NCBI GenBank assembly: GCA_036401335.1
Contig: DASWVC010000033.1
Coordinates: 291 to 64,290 of the forward strand
Direction: 5' to 3'
Length of the DNA stretch: 64,000 nucleotides
Source of the DNA: Chthoniobacterales bacterium
GTDB lineage: Bacteria > Verrucomicrobiota > Verrucomicrobiia > Chthoniobacterales > JAFAMB01
This document shows positions 9,254 through 21,100 of the stretch, in pieces (the first letter of the stretch is position 1; each line of letters opens with the position of its first letter). The notes below the pieces were generated by a model, which ran no database searches, was not told the origin of the DNA, and saw only the letters and a list, made by a program, of their open reading frames with translations. A program made the translations under genes and the position numbers.

Positions 9254-10834
9254 TCATTCCCACTCGATCGTGCTTGGCGGTTTGCTGGAAACATCGTAGC
9301 AGACCCGGTTTACCCCTTTGACTTCGTTGATTACCCGAGCCGAAATCCGCGCCAGGATTTCATACGGAAGGCGCACCCAGTCGGCGGTCATGCCATCCTG
9401 GCTTTCGACGATGCGCACGGCCACGGTGTCTTCATACGTGCGTTGATCGCCCATGACGCCTACCGATCTTATGGGCAACAGCACCGCAAACGATTGCCAG
9501 ACCTTGTAATACCAATCGGCGGCCTTCATCTCGTTTACCACGATCTCGTCTGCCTGGCGCAGGACCCGCAGGCGTTCCGGGGTGATCTCGCCCAGGATGC
9601 GCACCCCGAGTCCTGGACCCGGGAACGGCTGCCGAAAAACGATTTCCTTTGGCAGTTCCAGCTCAAGCCCGACCTGACGCACTTCATCCTTGAACAGCTG
9701 CCGCAACGGTTCCAGCAGCTCGAGGTCCATTTTTTCAGGAAGGCCGCCTACGTTGTGGTGGCTTTTGATCAAGGCAGCCGGGTTTCCGCCGATTGCCACG
9801 CTCTCAATGACGTCAGGGTAAAGCGTGCCTTGCGCCAGGTAATGGTAGCGTCCTTCACCCGTGTCCGAAGCTTTCAACTCCCGGGTGGCCTCCTCGAACA
9901 CACGGATGAACTCTTCCCCGATGATCTTGCGCTTTCGTTCCGGATCGACGATGCCCTGCAAACGGTTGAGGAACCGGCTCGACGCATCCACGTAGCGCAA
10001 CTTAATGTGGAAGTTCTCGCCAAAGATCTTTTGCACGGTTTCCGCTTCGCGCGTCCGCAGAAGTCCGTTGTTGACGAAGACGCAGGTCAGACGGTCGCCC
10101 AACGCCCGGTGCAGCAACGCGGCCGCCACCGACGAGTCAACACCGCCGGAAAGACCGAGCACCACTTTGTCCGGGCCAACCCGGGCGTTGATCTCGCGAC
10201 AGGTCTGCTCAATGAACGAGCCCATGGTCCAATCGCCCGCGCAGCCGCAGACCTTGTACAAAAAGTTTTCCAGGATCTCTTTGCCAAGCGGCGTGTGCGC
10301 CACTTCCGGATGAAACTGCAACCCGTACAACTTACGCTTCCGATCTTCGATGGCGGCAAAAGGGGAATTTTCTGTGACGCCGATCGACCGAAAGCCTGGC
10401 GGAAGGCCGGTGACTTTGTCGCCGTGGCTGTTCCAGACCTGGAATTGTTCAGGCAAGGCCTCGAAAAGAGGGCTGGCGCCGGCGGTCGTAAGGTAGCCCG
10501 GACCGTATTCGCGGCGGTCGGAATACTCCACCCGGCCGTCCAAAAAGTGCGCCATTAACTGAACGCCGTAGCAAATTCCGAGGACCGGAACCTCCATTTC
10601 GAAAATCGCCGGGTCAGGGAGGGGTGCGTGGGCTGAGAACACGCTGGCGGGCCCTCCCGAGAGGATGATCCCCTGCGCACCGGTGCGGCGAATGGTTTCC
10701 GGGGCACAATCAAAAGGGAGGATTTCGGAGTAAACGCGGCACTCACGAATCCGTCGTGCAATGACCTGGGTGTACTGGGATCCGAAATCTAGGATCACCA
10801 CCTTGGAAACGGAAAGCATTTCGCCGTTGCTCAT
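9254..10834 (-). CDS. guaA: GMP synthase (glutamine-hydrolysing)
   Basis: '[27 protein letters not shown]', '[16 protein letters not shown]', '[15 protein letters not shown]', C-terminal '[10 protein letters not shown]'. Start inferred from homology. Confidence 0.97.
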   Translation of the reverse strand: MSNGEMLSVSKVVILDFGSQYTQVIARRIRECRVYSEILPFDCAPETIRRTGAQGIILSGGPASVFSAHAPLPDPAIFEMEVPVLGICYGVQLMAHFLDGRVEYSDRREYGPGYLTTAGASPLFEALPEQFQVWNSHGDKVTGLPPGFRSIGVTENSPFAAIEDRKRKLYGLQFHPEVAHTPLGKEILENFLYKVCGCAGDWTMGSFIEQTCREINARVGPDKVVLGLSGGVDSSVAAALLHRALGDRLTCVFVNNGLLRTREAETVQKIFGENFHIKLRYVDASSRFLNRLQGIVDPERKRKIIGEEFIRVFEEATRELKASDTGEGRYHYLAQGTLYPDVIESVAIGGNPAALIKSHHNVGGLPEKMDLELLEPLRQLFKDEVRQVGLELELPKEIVFRQPFPGPGLGVRILGEITPERLRVLRQADEIVVNEMKAADWYYKVWQSFAVLLPIRSVGVMGDQRTYEDTVAVRIVESQDGMTADWVRLPYEILARISARVINEVKGVNRVCYDVSSKPPSTIEWE

Positions 10835-11009
10835 CGGGAAAGCCGAGTATGCCACCGAAGCTCCACGAGAGCAAAGAAGGTGTCGCCGTGAACCCAATGC
10901 CACGAATCGAAGAACCGAAGAAAGCCACGGATGGTTCAGGAGCCACGAATACAATTGATACAATTTCTCCCCGCCCCGGAGCCGCTGGTGCGGTATACTC
11001 GCCGGCAGC

Positions 11010-11603
11010 GTGCGAGCAAAAACCTACCGCCGGATTATCCCGGCAACACTGCTGCTTGAAGCGTATGGCAACGGCATTTTCCCCATGGCAGGCGACGGGG
11101 GCGAGATTGGCTGGTTTTCGCCAGACCCGCGCGGCATCCTGCCTTTGGAGACCTTCCATGTGCCGCATGGATTGAAGCGAACCCTTCGGAAAGGGATCTT
11201 TGAGGTGCGGATCGATCACGCTTTTGAAAGCGTGATGCGGGCTTGTGCCGAACGAAGCGAGACTTGGATCAGCGAAGAAATAATCGCCAGTTACTTGAAC
11301 CTGCACCAACTGGGGTATGCGCATTCGGTTGAAGCCTGGCGGGAGGGTCAGCTTGCCGGTGGCCTGTACGGAGTTGCCCTGGATGGAGCCTTTTTTGGAG
11401 AATCCATGTTTCACCGCGAAACGGATGCGTCGAAGGTTGCCTTGGTCGCGCTGGTTGAACGATTACGGGAGCGTCGGTATCAGCTCCTGGACACCCAGTA
11501 CGTCACGCCGCACCTGCAAACCTTTGGCGCCGTGGAAATCCCCCGGGTCAACTACCTGCGGATGTTACGACACGCGCTGGCGCTGAATTGCAGGTTCGTC
11601 TAG
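11010..11603 (+). CDS. aat: Leucyl/phenylalanyl-tRNA--protein transferase
   Basis: '[35 protein letters not shown]', '[43 protein letters not shown]', '[21 protein letters not shown]'. Confidence 0.95.
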   Translation: MRAKTYRRIIPATLLLEAYGNGIFPMAGDGGEIGWFSPDPRGILPLETFHVPHGLKRTLRKGIFEVRIDHAFESVMRACAERSETWISEEIIASYLNLHQLGYAHSVEAWREGQLAGGLYGVALDGAFFGESMFHRETDASKVALVALVERLRERRYQLLDTQYVTPHLQTFGAVEIPRVNYLRMLRHALALNCRFV

Positions 11604-12421
11604 GGCGTGCTTCGACTATGGCCATTATTTCCGTTCACGGGTTGGGCGTAAAACGAGGCGGCACCCCAATTTTGGAGGACCTGAGCTGGGCGGTCGAAGA
11701 CGGGGAACACTGGACGGTGCTTGGCGCGAATGGTTCCGGCAAGACGAGCCTGCTGAGTTGCCTCACCGGCTACCTGACGCCCTCGCAGGGCGAGGTGACC
11801 GTGCTCGACCGTCGGTACGGGCACTCGGACTGGCGCGAACTGCGCAAGGAAGTCGGGTTGGTCAGTTCCAGCATCCGTCAACTCATCACCGACGAGCAAA
11901 CTGCCTTGGAGGTGACGGCGAGCGGCCGGAATGCCGAGCTGAACCTCTGGCATGCGCCCCGAGGCGAGCTGCGGCAATCGGCTTTGGAGTCGTTGCGGCA
12001 GGTGGAGCTGGAAAACCTGGCCGATCGCCCTTGGGGTCACCTCTCCCAAGGCGAAAGGCAGCGCACACTGATCGGCCGGGCATTGATGGCGCGGTTTCGG
12101 ATTCTGATTCTGGACGAGCCGTGTGCCGGGCTCGATCCGGTCGCCCGGGAGAGGTTTTTGGCGTTCATCGAAAGGCTTGGCCAGACTCCGCTAACCCCGA
12201 ACCTGATCATGGTCACCCACCATGTAGAAGAGATCCTGCCGTGTTTCTCGCGCGCTCTGGTTCTGCGGGCTGGACGCGTTCTGGCCCTAGGCGACGTGCG
12301 GCGGGTCATCACGTCGACTGTCCTGTCGGAGGCCTTTGCGGCCCGGGTAAAAGTGCTCCGGCGGCGGGGACGGTTTGCCCTTGAGATTACCTCTGGTGAC
12401 GGCGCCCAGCTCGCTGCCTGA
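11588..12421 (+). CDS. ABC transporter ATP-binding protein
   Basis: Walker A 'GANGSGKTS', signature 'LSQGERQRTLIGRALM', Walker B 'ILILDEPCAGLD'. Confidence 0.9.
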   Translation: MQVRLGRASTMAIISVHGLGVKRGGTPILEDLSWAVEDGEHWTVLGANGSGKTSLLSCLTGYLTPSQGEVTVLDRRYGHSDWRELRKEVGLVSSSIRQLITDEQTALEVTASGRNAELNLWHAPRGELRQSALESLRQVELENLADRPWGHLSQGERQRTLIGRALMARFRILILDEPCAGLDPVARERFLAFIERLGQTPLTPNLIMVTHHVEEILPCFSRALVLRAGRVLALGDVRRVITSTVLSEAFAARVKVLRRRGRFALEITSGDGAQLAA

Positions 12422-12497
12422 GGGGCCGCAGCGGGGGGTGAGTGGAAGGATGACGGATTCGCCAACCCGGACGTTTGGAGGTAAGGAACTCTCCTCT

Positions 12498-13127
12498 ATG
12501 GCACACCATTCGGAACCACAGATCTACCTCATTCGGCATGGCGAGACCGAATGGGCGCGCGACGGCCGGCACACCGGCCAGTCCGACATTCCGCTCACGG
12601 AGACCGGTCGGGAACAGGCTGGCTTTCTCAGGCCCGTTTTTGATGACGTGACGTTCAAGGCCATTCTCAGCAGCCCCCTCCAACGGTCCATCGAGACGAC
12701 CCGGCTGGCCGGCCTTGGCGACCGCGTCGAGACGGTGGACGACCTTCGCGAGTGGGATTATGGCGACTATGAAGGCGTGACGACCAAGGACATCCGGAAG
12801 ATGGTGCCTGACTGGACGGTGTTTACCCATCCGTGCCCGAACGGCGAAACCATCGTGCAGGTCAGCGCGCGTGCTGACCGGGTCATTGCGCGAATCCGAA
12901 ACCTCGACGGCAATGTGGCCCTGTTCTCCCACGGCCATTACCTGCGCGTGCTTGCGGCGCGGTGGCTGGGGGCCGATCCGCACCTGGGCCGGCACCTGTT
13001 GCTGGGCACCAGCACGCTTTCAATTCTCAGCTACGAGCATGGATATCCCGTGATCAAGACGTGGAACGGACCTCTTATCACCGCAGCGTGTGCCGCCCCT
13101 TGGACGCGACAAAGCGTGCCGCATTGA
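12498..13127 (+). CDS. Histidine phosphatase family protein (phosphoglycerate mutase-like)
   Basis: 'IYLIRHGETEWARDGRHTGQSDIPLTETGREQA' and 'VALFSHGHYLRVLAARW'. Confidence 0.92.
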   Translation: MAHHSEPQIYLIRHGETEWARDGRHTGQSDIPLTETGREQAGFLRPVFDDVTFKAILSSPLQRSIETTRLAGLGDRVETVDDLREWDYGDYEGVTTKDIRKMVPDWTVFTHPCPNGETIVQVSARADRVIARIRNLDGNVALFSHGHYLRVLAARWLGADPHLGRHLLLGTSTLSILSYEHGYPVIKTWNGPLITAACAAPWTRQSVPH

Positions 13128-13252
13128 AGCCATGAACAGCCATGCCTGAAGCATAGGCGCTCCGGGACCACTCGACGGACACAGGTTGGCGGTCACTGAT
13201 TTTGGAGTTTGGCATCCTTTACGGCCAGGATTTTGGGCACCGCCGGGGGATT

Positions 13253-14524
13253 TTACCGGATCTCCCTGCCGCGAAAATAGTCCCAGAGCGCTTCCGGCAG
13301 TTTCACGGCACCGTCGGCTTGCTGGTGCGTTTCCAACACGGCCACAAAAAGGCGGGCGAGGGCAGTGCCGGAGCCGTTCAGGGTATGGCAGAAACGGTTC
13401 TTGCCGGCAGCGTCCTTGAACCGAAGGTTCATGCGGCGCGCCTGGAAATCCTCGCAGTTGGAGCAACTGGATACTTCCAGGAATCGATTCTGGCCGGGAG
13501 CCCACACTTCGATGTCGTAGGTCTTGGCCGCGGCAAAGCCGAGGTCGCCGGTGCAGAGCTCAATGACGCGGTAGGGCAGCCCAAGAAGTTGAAGAACCCG
13601 CTCCGCATCGGCTGTCAGTGATTCCAGTTCTGCAAACGACGTTTCCGGCGTGGCGATCTTCACCAGTTCCACCTTATCAAACTGGTGCACCCGGATGATT
13701 CCCCGCGTGTCTTTGCCGGCTGCACCCGCTTCGCGCCGGAAGCAGGGGGTGTGGGCCACAAAACGCTTTGGCAGGGAGTCAAGGGGCAGGATCTCATCGC
13801 GATGAAAGTTCGTCACCGGAACTTCGGCCGTCGGGATCAGGAACAGGTCACCGCCTTCGGTGGCGTAGGCTTCGTCCTCAAATTTTGGCAGCTGACCCGT
13901 GCCGACCATGCACTCGCGCCGGACCAGGTAGGGGGGGCTTACTTCGGTGTACCCGTGCCGCTCGCTGTGCAGGTCCAGGAGAAACTGAATGAGCGCCCGC
14001 TGGAGGCGCGCCCCGCGGTTTGCGAAAAATACAAAGCCGCTGCCGCTCAGCTTGGCTGCCCGTTCAAAATCAATCAGCTTTAACCGGGTCGCGATCTCCA
14101 CGTGATCGAGGGCGGGGAAGGCCGGGGCGGGTACGTCGCCCCAGCTCCGGACAACGGGGTTATCCGCAGCTTCCCTTCCGACCGGGACGTCCGGGTGAGG
14201 CAGGTTCGGCAGGTTGAGGATGAGGGTTCGTTGCCGGTCATCCGCCAGGGAGACCTTTCCCTCCAGCAAAGTGATCTGTTCCGCCAGCCCGTGCACCTCC
14301 GCCTCCAGTTCACTGCTGTCCGCATTCCGTGCGCGCCTCGCGCCAACCTCTTTGCTCAGGCGTTTCCGGTCGGCATTCAACTTCTGCAGCTCGGTCTCAT
14401 GGCGCCGGCGTTCGGCGTCCACGCCCAGGACGACGTCTACCTGGTCGCCCAGCCCGGGCTGTCGCGCGTTTAGCCGCTCCCGGACGTCGTCAGGTTTTTC
14501 TCTCAGCAGCCGAATGTCGAGCAT
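13253..14524 (-). CDS. serS: Serine--tRNA ligase
   Basis: 'MLDIRLLREKPDDVRERLNAR', 'LIPTAEVPVTNFHRDEIL', 'ETSFAELESLTADAERVLQLLGLPYRV', 'NGSGTALARLFVAVLE'. Confidence 0.96.
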   Translation of the reverse strand: MLDIRLLREKPDDVRERLNARQPGLGDQVDVVLGVDAERRRHETELQKLNADRKRLSKEVGARRARNADSSELEAEVHGLAEQITLLEGKVSLADDRQRTLILNLPNLPHPDVPVGREAADNPVVRSWGDVPAPAFPALDHVEIATRLKLIDFERAAKLSGSGFVFFANRGARLQRALIQFLLDLHSERHGYTEVSPPYLVRRECMVGTGQLPKFEDEAYATEGGDLFLIPTAEVPVTNFHRDEILPLDSLPKRFVAHTPCFRREAGAAGKDTRGIIRVHQFDKVELVKIATPETSFAELESLTADAERVLQLLGLPYRVIELCTGDLGFAAAKTYDIEVWAPGQNRFLEVSSCSNCEDFQARRMNLRFKDAAGKNRFCHTLNGSGTALARLFVAVLETHQQADGAVKLPEALWDYFRGREIR

Positions 14525-14742
14525 GCCTTGGCTATAACCGAAGATCCCGGTCAGTAAAGGCCGGAGAGACGGACGGCTTCGAGGGTTGCGGCGCTGGCCT
14601 GCTTCAATAGCGGCACACCGTGGGCGGGATTGTTTCGGCGAACGGGTGAGAGTTCGGGGAGGTGCGCGCCCTGCCGTAGGGCGGTGAAGGACCCGATACA
14701 TGTGCGCACCCCGATACCCCGGCCGGCGTGGGACGGCCAGCC

Positions 14743-15699
14743 CTACCGGGCCGGCTTCTCCGTCAGGGCCCAGATTGTGCGCAGGGCGTTCCCTTCCAGC
14801 CGGTTGTTGATGTAGACAAAAACCGGTTTGTGTTGTTCCAGGGCCACCTCCCAGATCAAGCGGCGGCCGGCATGACGGGCCGACCGATCAACCTCCCTGG
14901 TTTCTACATAGGGACTGAAATCCTGGACTGCCTCCTCGTAGGCCCGGCCCGGAGTGAGCAGCAGGCGGGCGGCGGCGAAGTCGGCAGTGTCGCTGCCCGT
15001 CAGGGCAAGTTGCTCCTCAGCGGATGGCATCCGGGTCCATTGATTGTAGACGTGAGCGACGTTGTGGCGCCGGAGCAAGGCAAAGTACGTCGATTGCAGA
15101 AAACCGGGCGTGCGGATCTCCACCCCATAATTCCATCCGCGTGGGAGGGCGCCCAGGAACTCATCCAGGACGAGCAGGAACTGCTCTGCGGCCGCGGCGT
15201 CACCCGGTCGGAACTCCGAGAATTCGAAAATCAGCACGCCAACCTGTTGCCGGTGTGGAACCAGCGGTTTCAGGTAATGGTCGACGAAATACTCCGCATC
15301 GAGGTAATGGGGATTCACCAGACCTGCGTGGGTGCCAAACCGGGGCAGCTTCGGGTAGCGCTGAAGGGTGATTGTATCCGTTACCTTGAAGGTAAAACGG
15401 AAGCCCGCGTCCACTTGGCTGCACAACTTCTCCAGGTAACGGGCATCCGGGAATTTGTAGTAACCGGCGTCCACACAGACCGAGCGGAAGAACAGCGCGT
15501 ATTCAGCGAGGCATTCCTCCTCGAAACGCCGTTCCGAATACCGCCCCCGAGCCTCGTACCTGGAACGGTCGTAAAGTAGCCCCAGCCATCCCGGGTATTT
15601 CCAGGAAGACGTGCCCACCCAGGCCCCTTTGGCCGCCATTCCGGCCAACCGCTCGCCCATGGCTTCGCGGTCAAAGTCTGGTCCAAAGAGGTCAAGCAT
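14743..15699 (-). CDS. DUF72 domain-containing protein
   Basis: 'WVGTSSWKYPGWLGLLYDRSRY', 'FPDARYLEKLCSQVDAGFRFTFKVTDTIT', 'KPVFVYINNRLEGNALRTI'. Confidence 0.85.
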   Translation of the reverse strand: MLDLFGPDFDREAMGERLAGMAAKGAWVGTSSWKYPGWLGLLYDRSRYEARGRYSERRFEEECLAEYALFFRSVCVDAGYYKFPDARYLEKLCSQVDAGFRFTFKVTDTITLQRYPKLPRFGTHAGLVNPHYLDAEYFVDHYLKPLVPHRQQVGVLIFEFSEFRPGDAAAAEQFLLVLDEFLGALPRGWNYGVEIRTPGFLQSTYFALLRRHNVAHVYNQWTRMPSAEEQLALTGSDTADFAAARLLLTPGRAYEEAVQDFSPYVETREVDRSARHAGRRLIWEVALEQHKPVFVYINNRLEGNALRTIWALTEKPAR

Positions 15700-15745
15700 C
15701 GGTGGTGTTTCTCAGCGGCGGCCAGCGTGCGTGAAGGCAGGATCG

Positions 15746-16558
15746 TCAGTCACCATCCGACAAAGGCTCCTGCTGGTGTGGGGTGGAGGACGGCCGGACG
15801 GCCCCGTGAGGTGCTGGTTTGTTGTCGACGAGATCCCCTGGCCGCGCACCGGGAATCGTGGCATACCCTTCAAATTTCGGGGTACGGCCGGGATCGCCGG
15901 TTGCGGGTTGCCCGGAGGGCAGTTTGAAATCAAAGACGCTTACTCCAAACTGCCGGACGCCGGCGTAGGACCGTCCCTCACTGGCACCGACCATCAGCGG
16001 TTTGCCGGATTGTTTGCCGGTGCCCAGGTAAATCATAACGTGCGTGATCGGCACGTCCCTTTTGATCGTGTAGGTTCCCGACCAAAACAGGAGGTCCCCT
16101 GGTCTAAGGGCTGCCAAGGCTCCCGGATCCTGCATGGAGTGGAAATCGCCGTGTTTACGCACCCAGAGGTACTGCTCACTGGAGTCCCGGGGCACCTCGG
16201 CGAAACCGGCCTGCTGAAGCACGAAAGAAACGAAGCCGGAACAATCCATGCCCCCTTTCGCGGGGTCGTCTGATCCGTACGTGTAGGCCAGGTTTCGCTC
16301 GGTGAGCGCGAGCGCTTCGCGCAAAACGGCCTGAACCTTGGAGGGCTGGTCTGCCAGTTCCTTTAGTTCCTCCGGTTTCAGGCTGGTCACCCGAGTTCCG
16401 GTTTTCTCTCCGGCACGGCCGGCCGCTTCTGCGTTATCCGCCGAAGTGGCTTCCGACGAAGCGGCGGGAACGTCGCCCGGGTTCCGTGCCGCCTTTGCAC
16501 CTTTGAGGGTAAAGGCGGCCATGGTCACGGCTGCCGCGAGGGTTACGGTCCTCTTCAT
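15746..16558 (-). CDS. Secreted C40 (NlpC/P60) peptidase
   Basis: Signal-like N-terminus; 'GGMDCSGFVSFVLQQAGF', 'ALRPGDLLFWSG', 'ITHVMIYLG'. Confidence 0.87.
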   Translation of the reverse strand: MKRTVTLAAAVTMAAFTLKGAKAARNPGDVPAASSEATSADNAEAAGRAGEKTGTRVTSLKPEELKELADQPSKVQAVLREALALTERNLAYTYGSDDPAKGGMDCSGFVSFVLQQAGFAEVPRDSSEQYLWVRKHGDFHSMQDPGALAALRPGDLLFWSGTYTIKRDVPITHVMIYLGTGKQSGKPLMVGASEGRSYAGVRQFGVSVFDFKLPSGQPATGDPGRTPKFEGYATIPGARPGDLVDNKPAPHGAVRPSSTPHQQEPLSDGD

Positions 16559-17886
16559 CTCACCTCGGCCAAGGCTTCAAGCAGGTTTTGGTTCAGACGA
16601 ATGCCCGCATGAAAGTTTTCGATTGAAAAGCTTTCATTGGGTGAATGCACTTTACAGTCCGGCAGGGCAAGGCCCAACAGCAGGGTGTCAACCCCCAGAA
16701 CATCCTTAAAGGTCTGGGTGATTGGCACGCTGCCACCTTCACGAATGAACGCCGTCTCACGGCCAAACGTGCGTTCCAAGGCTTTCTGGGCCGCGATGCC
16801 AAAACCGGTGTCCGGCCGCACCAGGTAAGGCTTGCCGTCGTGCTGGAAAATAATATCCAGGTTCACCGTAGCCGGGCAAAGGTCGCGGATGAACGCCGTC
16901 ACGGCCGTGTAAATCTCGTCGGGATCCTGGTCGGGCACCAACCGAAAGGAGAGTTTGGCGAAAGCGCGGCCGGGGATAATGGTTTTTGGCCCTTCGCCCA
17001 AATAGCCGCTTCCGAAACCATTGACCTCTGCAGTCGGGCGTGCCCAGACCCGCTCAAGGGTCGAGTAACCTTCTTCGCCAAACAAATGGGGGGAGCCCGC
17101 GTTTTCCAGCCATTGCTCGTCCGTGACAGGCAGTTTTGCCCATAGATCCCGCTCCCAACTTTCCAATGGCCGCACCCGGTCGTAAAAGCCGGGAACCTTT
17201 ATCCGGCCGTGAGAATCGTGCAACGCCCCCACCATCCGGCCGAGTTCGGTGGCTGGATTCGCCACCGATCCTCCGAAGATGCCGGAATGAAGGTCGGCGG
17301 CCGGCCCCCGGAGCCGGACCTCCAGGCACACGATGCCGCGCAGGCCATAGGTAAACGTGGGAATACCCGGCGCGATCATGCCAGTGTCCGAGACTGCCAC
17401 GACGTCGACCGGGAACCGCTCCCGCTGCATGCGCAACACTTGTTCGAGGTGCGGGCTGCCCGTTTCTTCTTCGCCTTCGATCAAAAAAATCACGTTAACG
17501 GGCAGATCACCCTGATGTCGCAGTACCTGTTCGACGCCGAGCAGGTGAGCCAGGATTTGTCCCTTGTTGTCCGTGGCGCCGCGCGCGTAAAGTTTGTCGC
17601 CTTTCACGGTGGGCTCGAACGGGGGCGAATCCCACAGCTCCAACGGGTCCGCCGGTTGGACGTCGTAATGGCCGTAGATCAGGACGGTCTTGCGGCCCGG
17701 CCGCGGCTCGTTGCGGGCAATGACCACCGGGTTACCGGGTGTGGCCACGGTTTCAGCGGCCAAACCGGCTTGCTCCAACCGCGCCTGGAGCCACGCCGCG
17801 CATGCTTGAACGTCGGCCTTGAACTGGAGATCAGCCGAGATTGAAGGAAAGCGGAGAAACGCGAAAAGGTCGTCGAGGGGATTCAT
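16555..17886 (-). CDS. M20 family dipeptidase
   Basis: 'VLIYGHYDVQPADPLELWDSPPFEPTVKGDKLYARGATDNKGQ', 'FLIEGEEETGSPHL', 'DLHSGIFGGSVANPATEL'. Confidence 0.93.
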   Translation of the reverse strand: MNPLDDLFAFLRFPSISADLQFKADVQACAAWLQARLEQAGLAAETVATPGNPVVIARNEPRPGRKTVLIYGHYDVQPADPLELWDSPPFEPTVKGDKLYARGATDNKGQILAHLLGVEQVLRHQGDLPVNVIFLIEGEEETGSPHLEQVLRMQRERFPVDVVAVSDTGMIAPGIPTFTYGLRGIVCLEVRLRGPAADLHSGIFGGSVANPATELGRMVGALHDSHGRIKVPGFYDRVRPLESWERDLWAKLPVTDEQWLENAGSPHLFGEEGYSTLERVWARPTAEVNGFGSGYLGEGPKTIIPGRAFAKLSFRLVPDQDPDEIYTAVTAFIRDLCPATVNLDIIFQHDGKPYLVRPDTGFGIAAQKALERTFGRETAFIREGGSVPITQTFKDVLGVDTLLLGLALPDCKVHSPNESFSIENFHAGIRLNQNLLEALAEVR

Positions 17887-18117
17887 CGGTGCGGAAGCAA
17901 CAAACCACAGTGCCGTCGCGTCGACCAGTGAGCATATTAGCTTCGGAAAGCCGGTTTTAAGCGGATGAAACTAACGCCGGCACGCGTTGAGGGCCGTGGA
18001 AATCGGGCCACCTTGCAACCCAACATCTTGGGGTGCTGACGTCGGAACCAGCCATAAATGGTATTTTCGCTTGAGCGCGCCTCCTCCGGCTTATACGCTT
18101 GCACCGGTCGAGCCGTT

Positions 18118-21100
18118 ATGTACCTGAAATCGTTAGAGCTTCTGGGCTTCAAGTCGTTTGCCCATAAGACCACTTTGAACTTGCACCCCGGAGTTACGGC
18201 GATCGTCGGGCCGAACGGCTGCGGCAAAAGCAACGTGCTTGACGCGATCCGCTGGGTTTTGGGCGAGCAATCCGCAAAAGCGCTGCGGGGTGGAGAAATG
18301 GCCGACGTGATCTTTAGCGGGACCGACAGCAAACAGGGAGTTGGTCTAGCGGAAGTGTCCCTGACGTTTGCCGACTGCGAGAAGGAACTCGGGGTGGATT
18401 ACCACGAAGTCTGCATTACCCGCCGGGTTTACCGGGATGGCGGCTCCGATTACCTGCTTAACCGCACGCCATGCCGGCTTAAAGACATTCAGATGCTGTT
18501 TATGGACACCGGCATTGGCCGGTCGGCCTACTCGATCATGGAGCAGGGCCGCATTGATCAGATTTTAAGCTCCCGGCCGGAAGACCGCCGGGCCATTTTC
18601 GAGGAGGCGGCCGGGATCACGAAGTACAAAGCGCAGAGGAAGGAGGCATTGCGGAAACTGGAGTACACGGATGCCAACCTGATCCGGCTTGCGGACATCA
18701 TGAAGGAGGTCAAGCGCCAGATCGCGTCGCTGCAGCGCCAGGCGGGCAAAGCCCGACGCTACCAGGCGCTGCTTGAGGAACTGCGGGTGCTGGACCTGCA
18801 CTTAAGCCGGCGGGCTGAGGAGGGCCTCTCGCTCGCGATCGCCGAGACCGAACAGGAGGCCGCTCGCTGCCGTGCCAATCAACATTCAGTGGGGAAAAGT
18901 GTGGACTCCGAGGAATCCGGCCTGTCGAAACGGCGCCAGGAACTGGAAACCCTGGAGGCGCGCACGCTGGAGGCCTGGCAGCGCGTCCAGGACCTGAAAG
19001 GTCAGGCCGATGCCGTGGCGGGGCGCATCGGATTCAATGAAGAGCGCATCCGCGAGGCGGAACACCTCGCCAGGCGTGCGGAAGCGGAGGTCGCGGCGGC
19101 CGAAGAAAAGCTTCAGATTCAGCGGCGCCAACTCGACGACACGGACCATCAACTCGTCGAGGTTTCTGGCACTCTAAAGGCGGAGGAACAACAGCTCCTG
19201 CTCCAGCAAAAGGAGGTGAATGACCTTCGTGGCCGGCGGTTGGAGCGAGAGAAGTCGACGCTCGAATTCCAGCGGCAGGTGCAACAAAAAGAAAGCCGGG
19301 TTGCGACGCTGCGGGGCGATCTCGCCAGCACGGTGGGCCAGCGTGAGGCGGGCGAGACACGTCTGGGGTTGCTGGGGCAGGAACTGGATCAATCAGTTGC
19401 GGCGCGGGACCGCCTTGTCGCCCAGGCAGCGGAAACGCGCACCCGGCTGGAGGAGGCGCAGGCGCACGCGCAACACTGCCGGAACGGGTTGAAGGATGCG
19501 GAACACGGGTTGCTTCAGGTCCAGAAAGAATTGCAGGCATCCGAACGGGAGGTCGTGGCAGCCCAACGCAACCTGACCGAGCGCGAATCCAAACTGGAAG
19601 TGCTCCGCCAGCTGAATGAAGAAGGGGCCGGCCTGGGAACCGGCACCCAAGCGGTACTGAAAGGACTCGACAACCCTCAGCTTTACCGGAACGCACTGAT
19701 CGGCGCCGTCGCAAATTTCCTGGAAGTACCGAGCGATCTGATCCCGGCCGTCGAAGCGGCGTTGGGGCAGCATCTCCAGGCCATCCTCGTCGCCGACCCG
19801 ACCGTCGCCGAGGCGATGGCGAAAAGCTTAACCCGAGGAAGGTACGGCCGGGCCTCCATCCTGCCGGCCAACTTTCTCCGCCAACCCGGGTCGGTGCAGG
19901 GTCAGATGCTGCCGGAAGGAAGCCTCGGTTGGTTGCTCGACCGGATCAAGGTGCAACCTCAGGTCGCGTCGCTTCTCAATCGGCTCCTCGCACCGGTAGC
20001 CCTTGCAGCAGACCTGGCAACCGCCTTCCGGATCAAGCGTACCTCGCCGGACCTTGCCGTGGTCACCTTGGACGGGGAGTTGATCACAGAGGCCGGCATG
20101 GTGTCAGCCGGCCAGGTCGGGGAAGGCCAGTCTTCCATTTTTCGGCGAAAGGTCCAGATGCGCGCGCTCACGTCTGAATGCGCCGGCTTGACCGCGGCAA
20201 TCGCGGAATGCCGGGCCAGGCGCGAGCACCTTGCGGCGCAATCTGAATCCGCGGCGACCCAGGTTGCCAAGGCCAGGGACGAGGCCCAGAGCGCAGAGGT
20301 CGCTGCTTCGAGTCTTCAAGGCACGCTTTCCTTGCTGGATCGCGAACTTCGCGAATCCGAGGGCAAGGTGAAAAGTTTGTCGTGGGAAAAGAACACCACC
20401 CAACAACGCCTGGAAACCGCGGCGGCTCGCGTTTCCGTGGTGGAGCAGGAATTACGCGCACACCTGGAGCAAGTGACGGCTTTCCAAGAACACGTGACCA
20501 CATTGGCGCGCGAAGTTGAGCTGTTGCGCTCCGATGAGGATGCCCTGGCTGAGGTCCTCAACGCGTTAAAAGTCCGCGTCGCCACGGAACGGCAGCGAAA
20601 AGAGAACCTCGAACGGCAGCGCCAACCCCTGGCGTTGCGGGTGGGGGAATTGAGCGAGGTGATCCGGCAACGCGGGCAGGATTTGGCCGGTTACCGTCAC
20701 CGGAGCGGTCACCTCCGGGAAGAAAACGACCGGCTGAGGGAGCAGTCCGTGGAACGTGATTGCCTTCAAAAAGAAGCGGCGGCCAACGTGGCCAGGTTGC
20801 AGGCGGAACGGGCCGAGCGCCTCGGTGCGGTTGATACGGTGGAGCAAACGCTTCGGCAACTGCGCAAAGAATGGTCTGAGTGGCAGGAGCGCCGGTCTCA
20901 GGAAGAATTGAAGCAGACCCAACTGGGCCTTCGGCTGGAACGGGTGCGGGAACACGTAGCGCACCGTTACCAACTGGACCTCACCGCGTTCGAGCCGGAT
21001 TGGCCGGCGTTTCGGACGGCAATCCAGGAGCAGCGGGACCGGCTGTCAGCCCCGTCCGGGCAGCCCGCCGCTGAAGATCCCGTCGATTGGGACTTCGTTC

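Noticed and set aside
9443-10558. 371-aa plus-strand ORF antisense to guaA
   Set aside because: Codon-bias shadow of guaA; no motif support.
14540-14740. Possible tRNA or small RNA in the serS/DUF72 gap
   Set aside because: No cloverleaf or TPsiC-like consensus could be recognised by eye; needs tRNAscan-SE/Infernal.
14728-15579. 283-aa plus-strand ORF antisense to the DUF72 gene
   Set aside because: Antisense shadow without recognisable domains.
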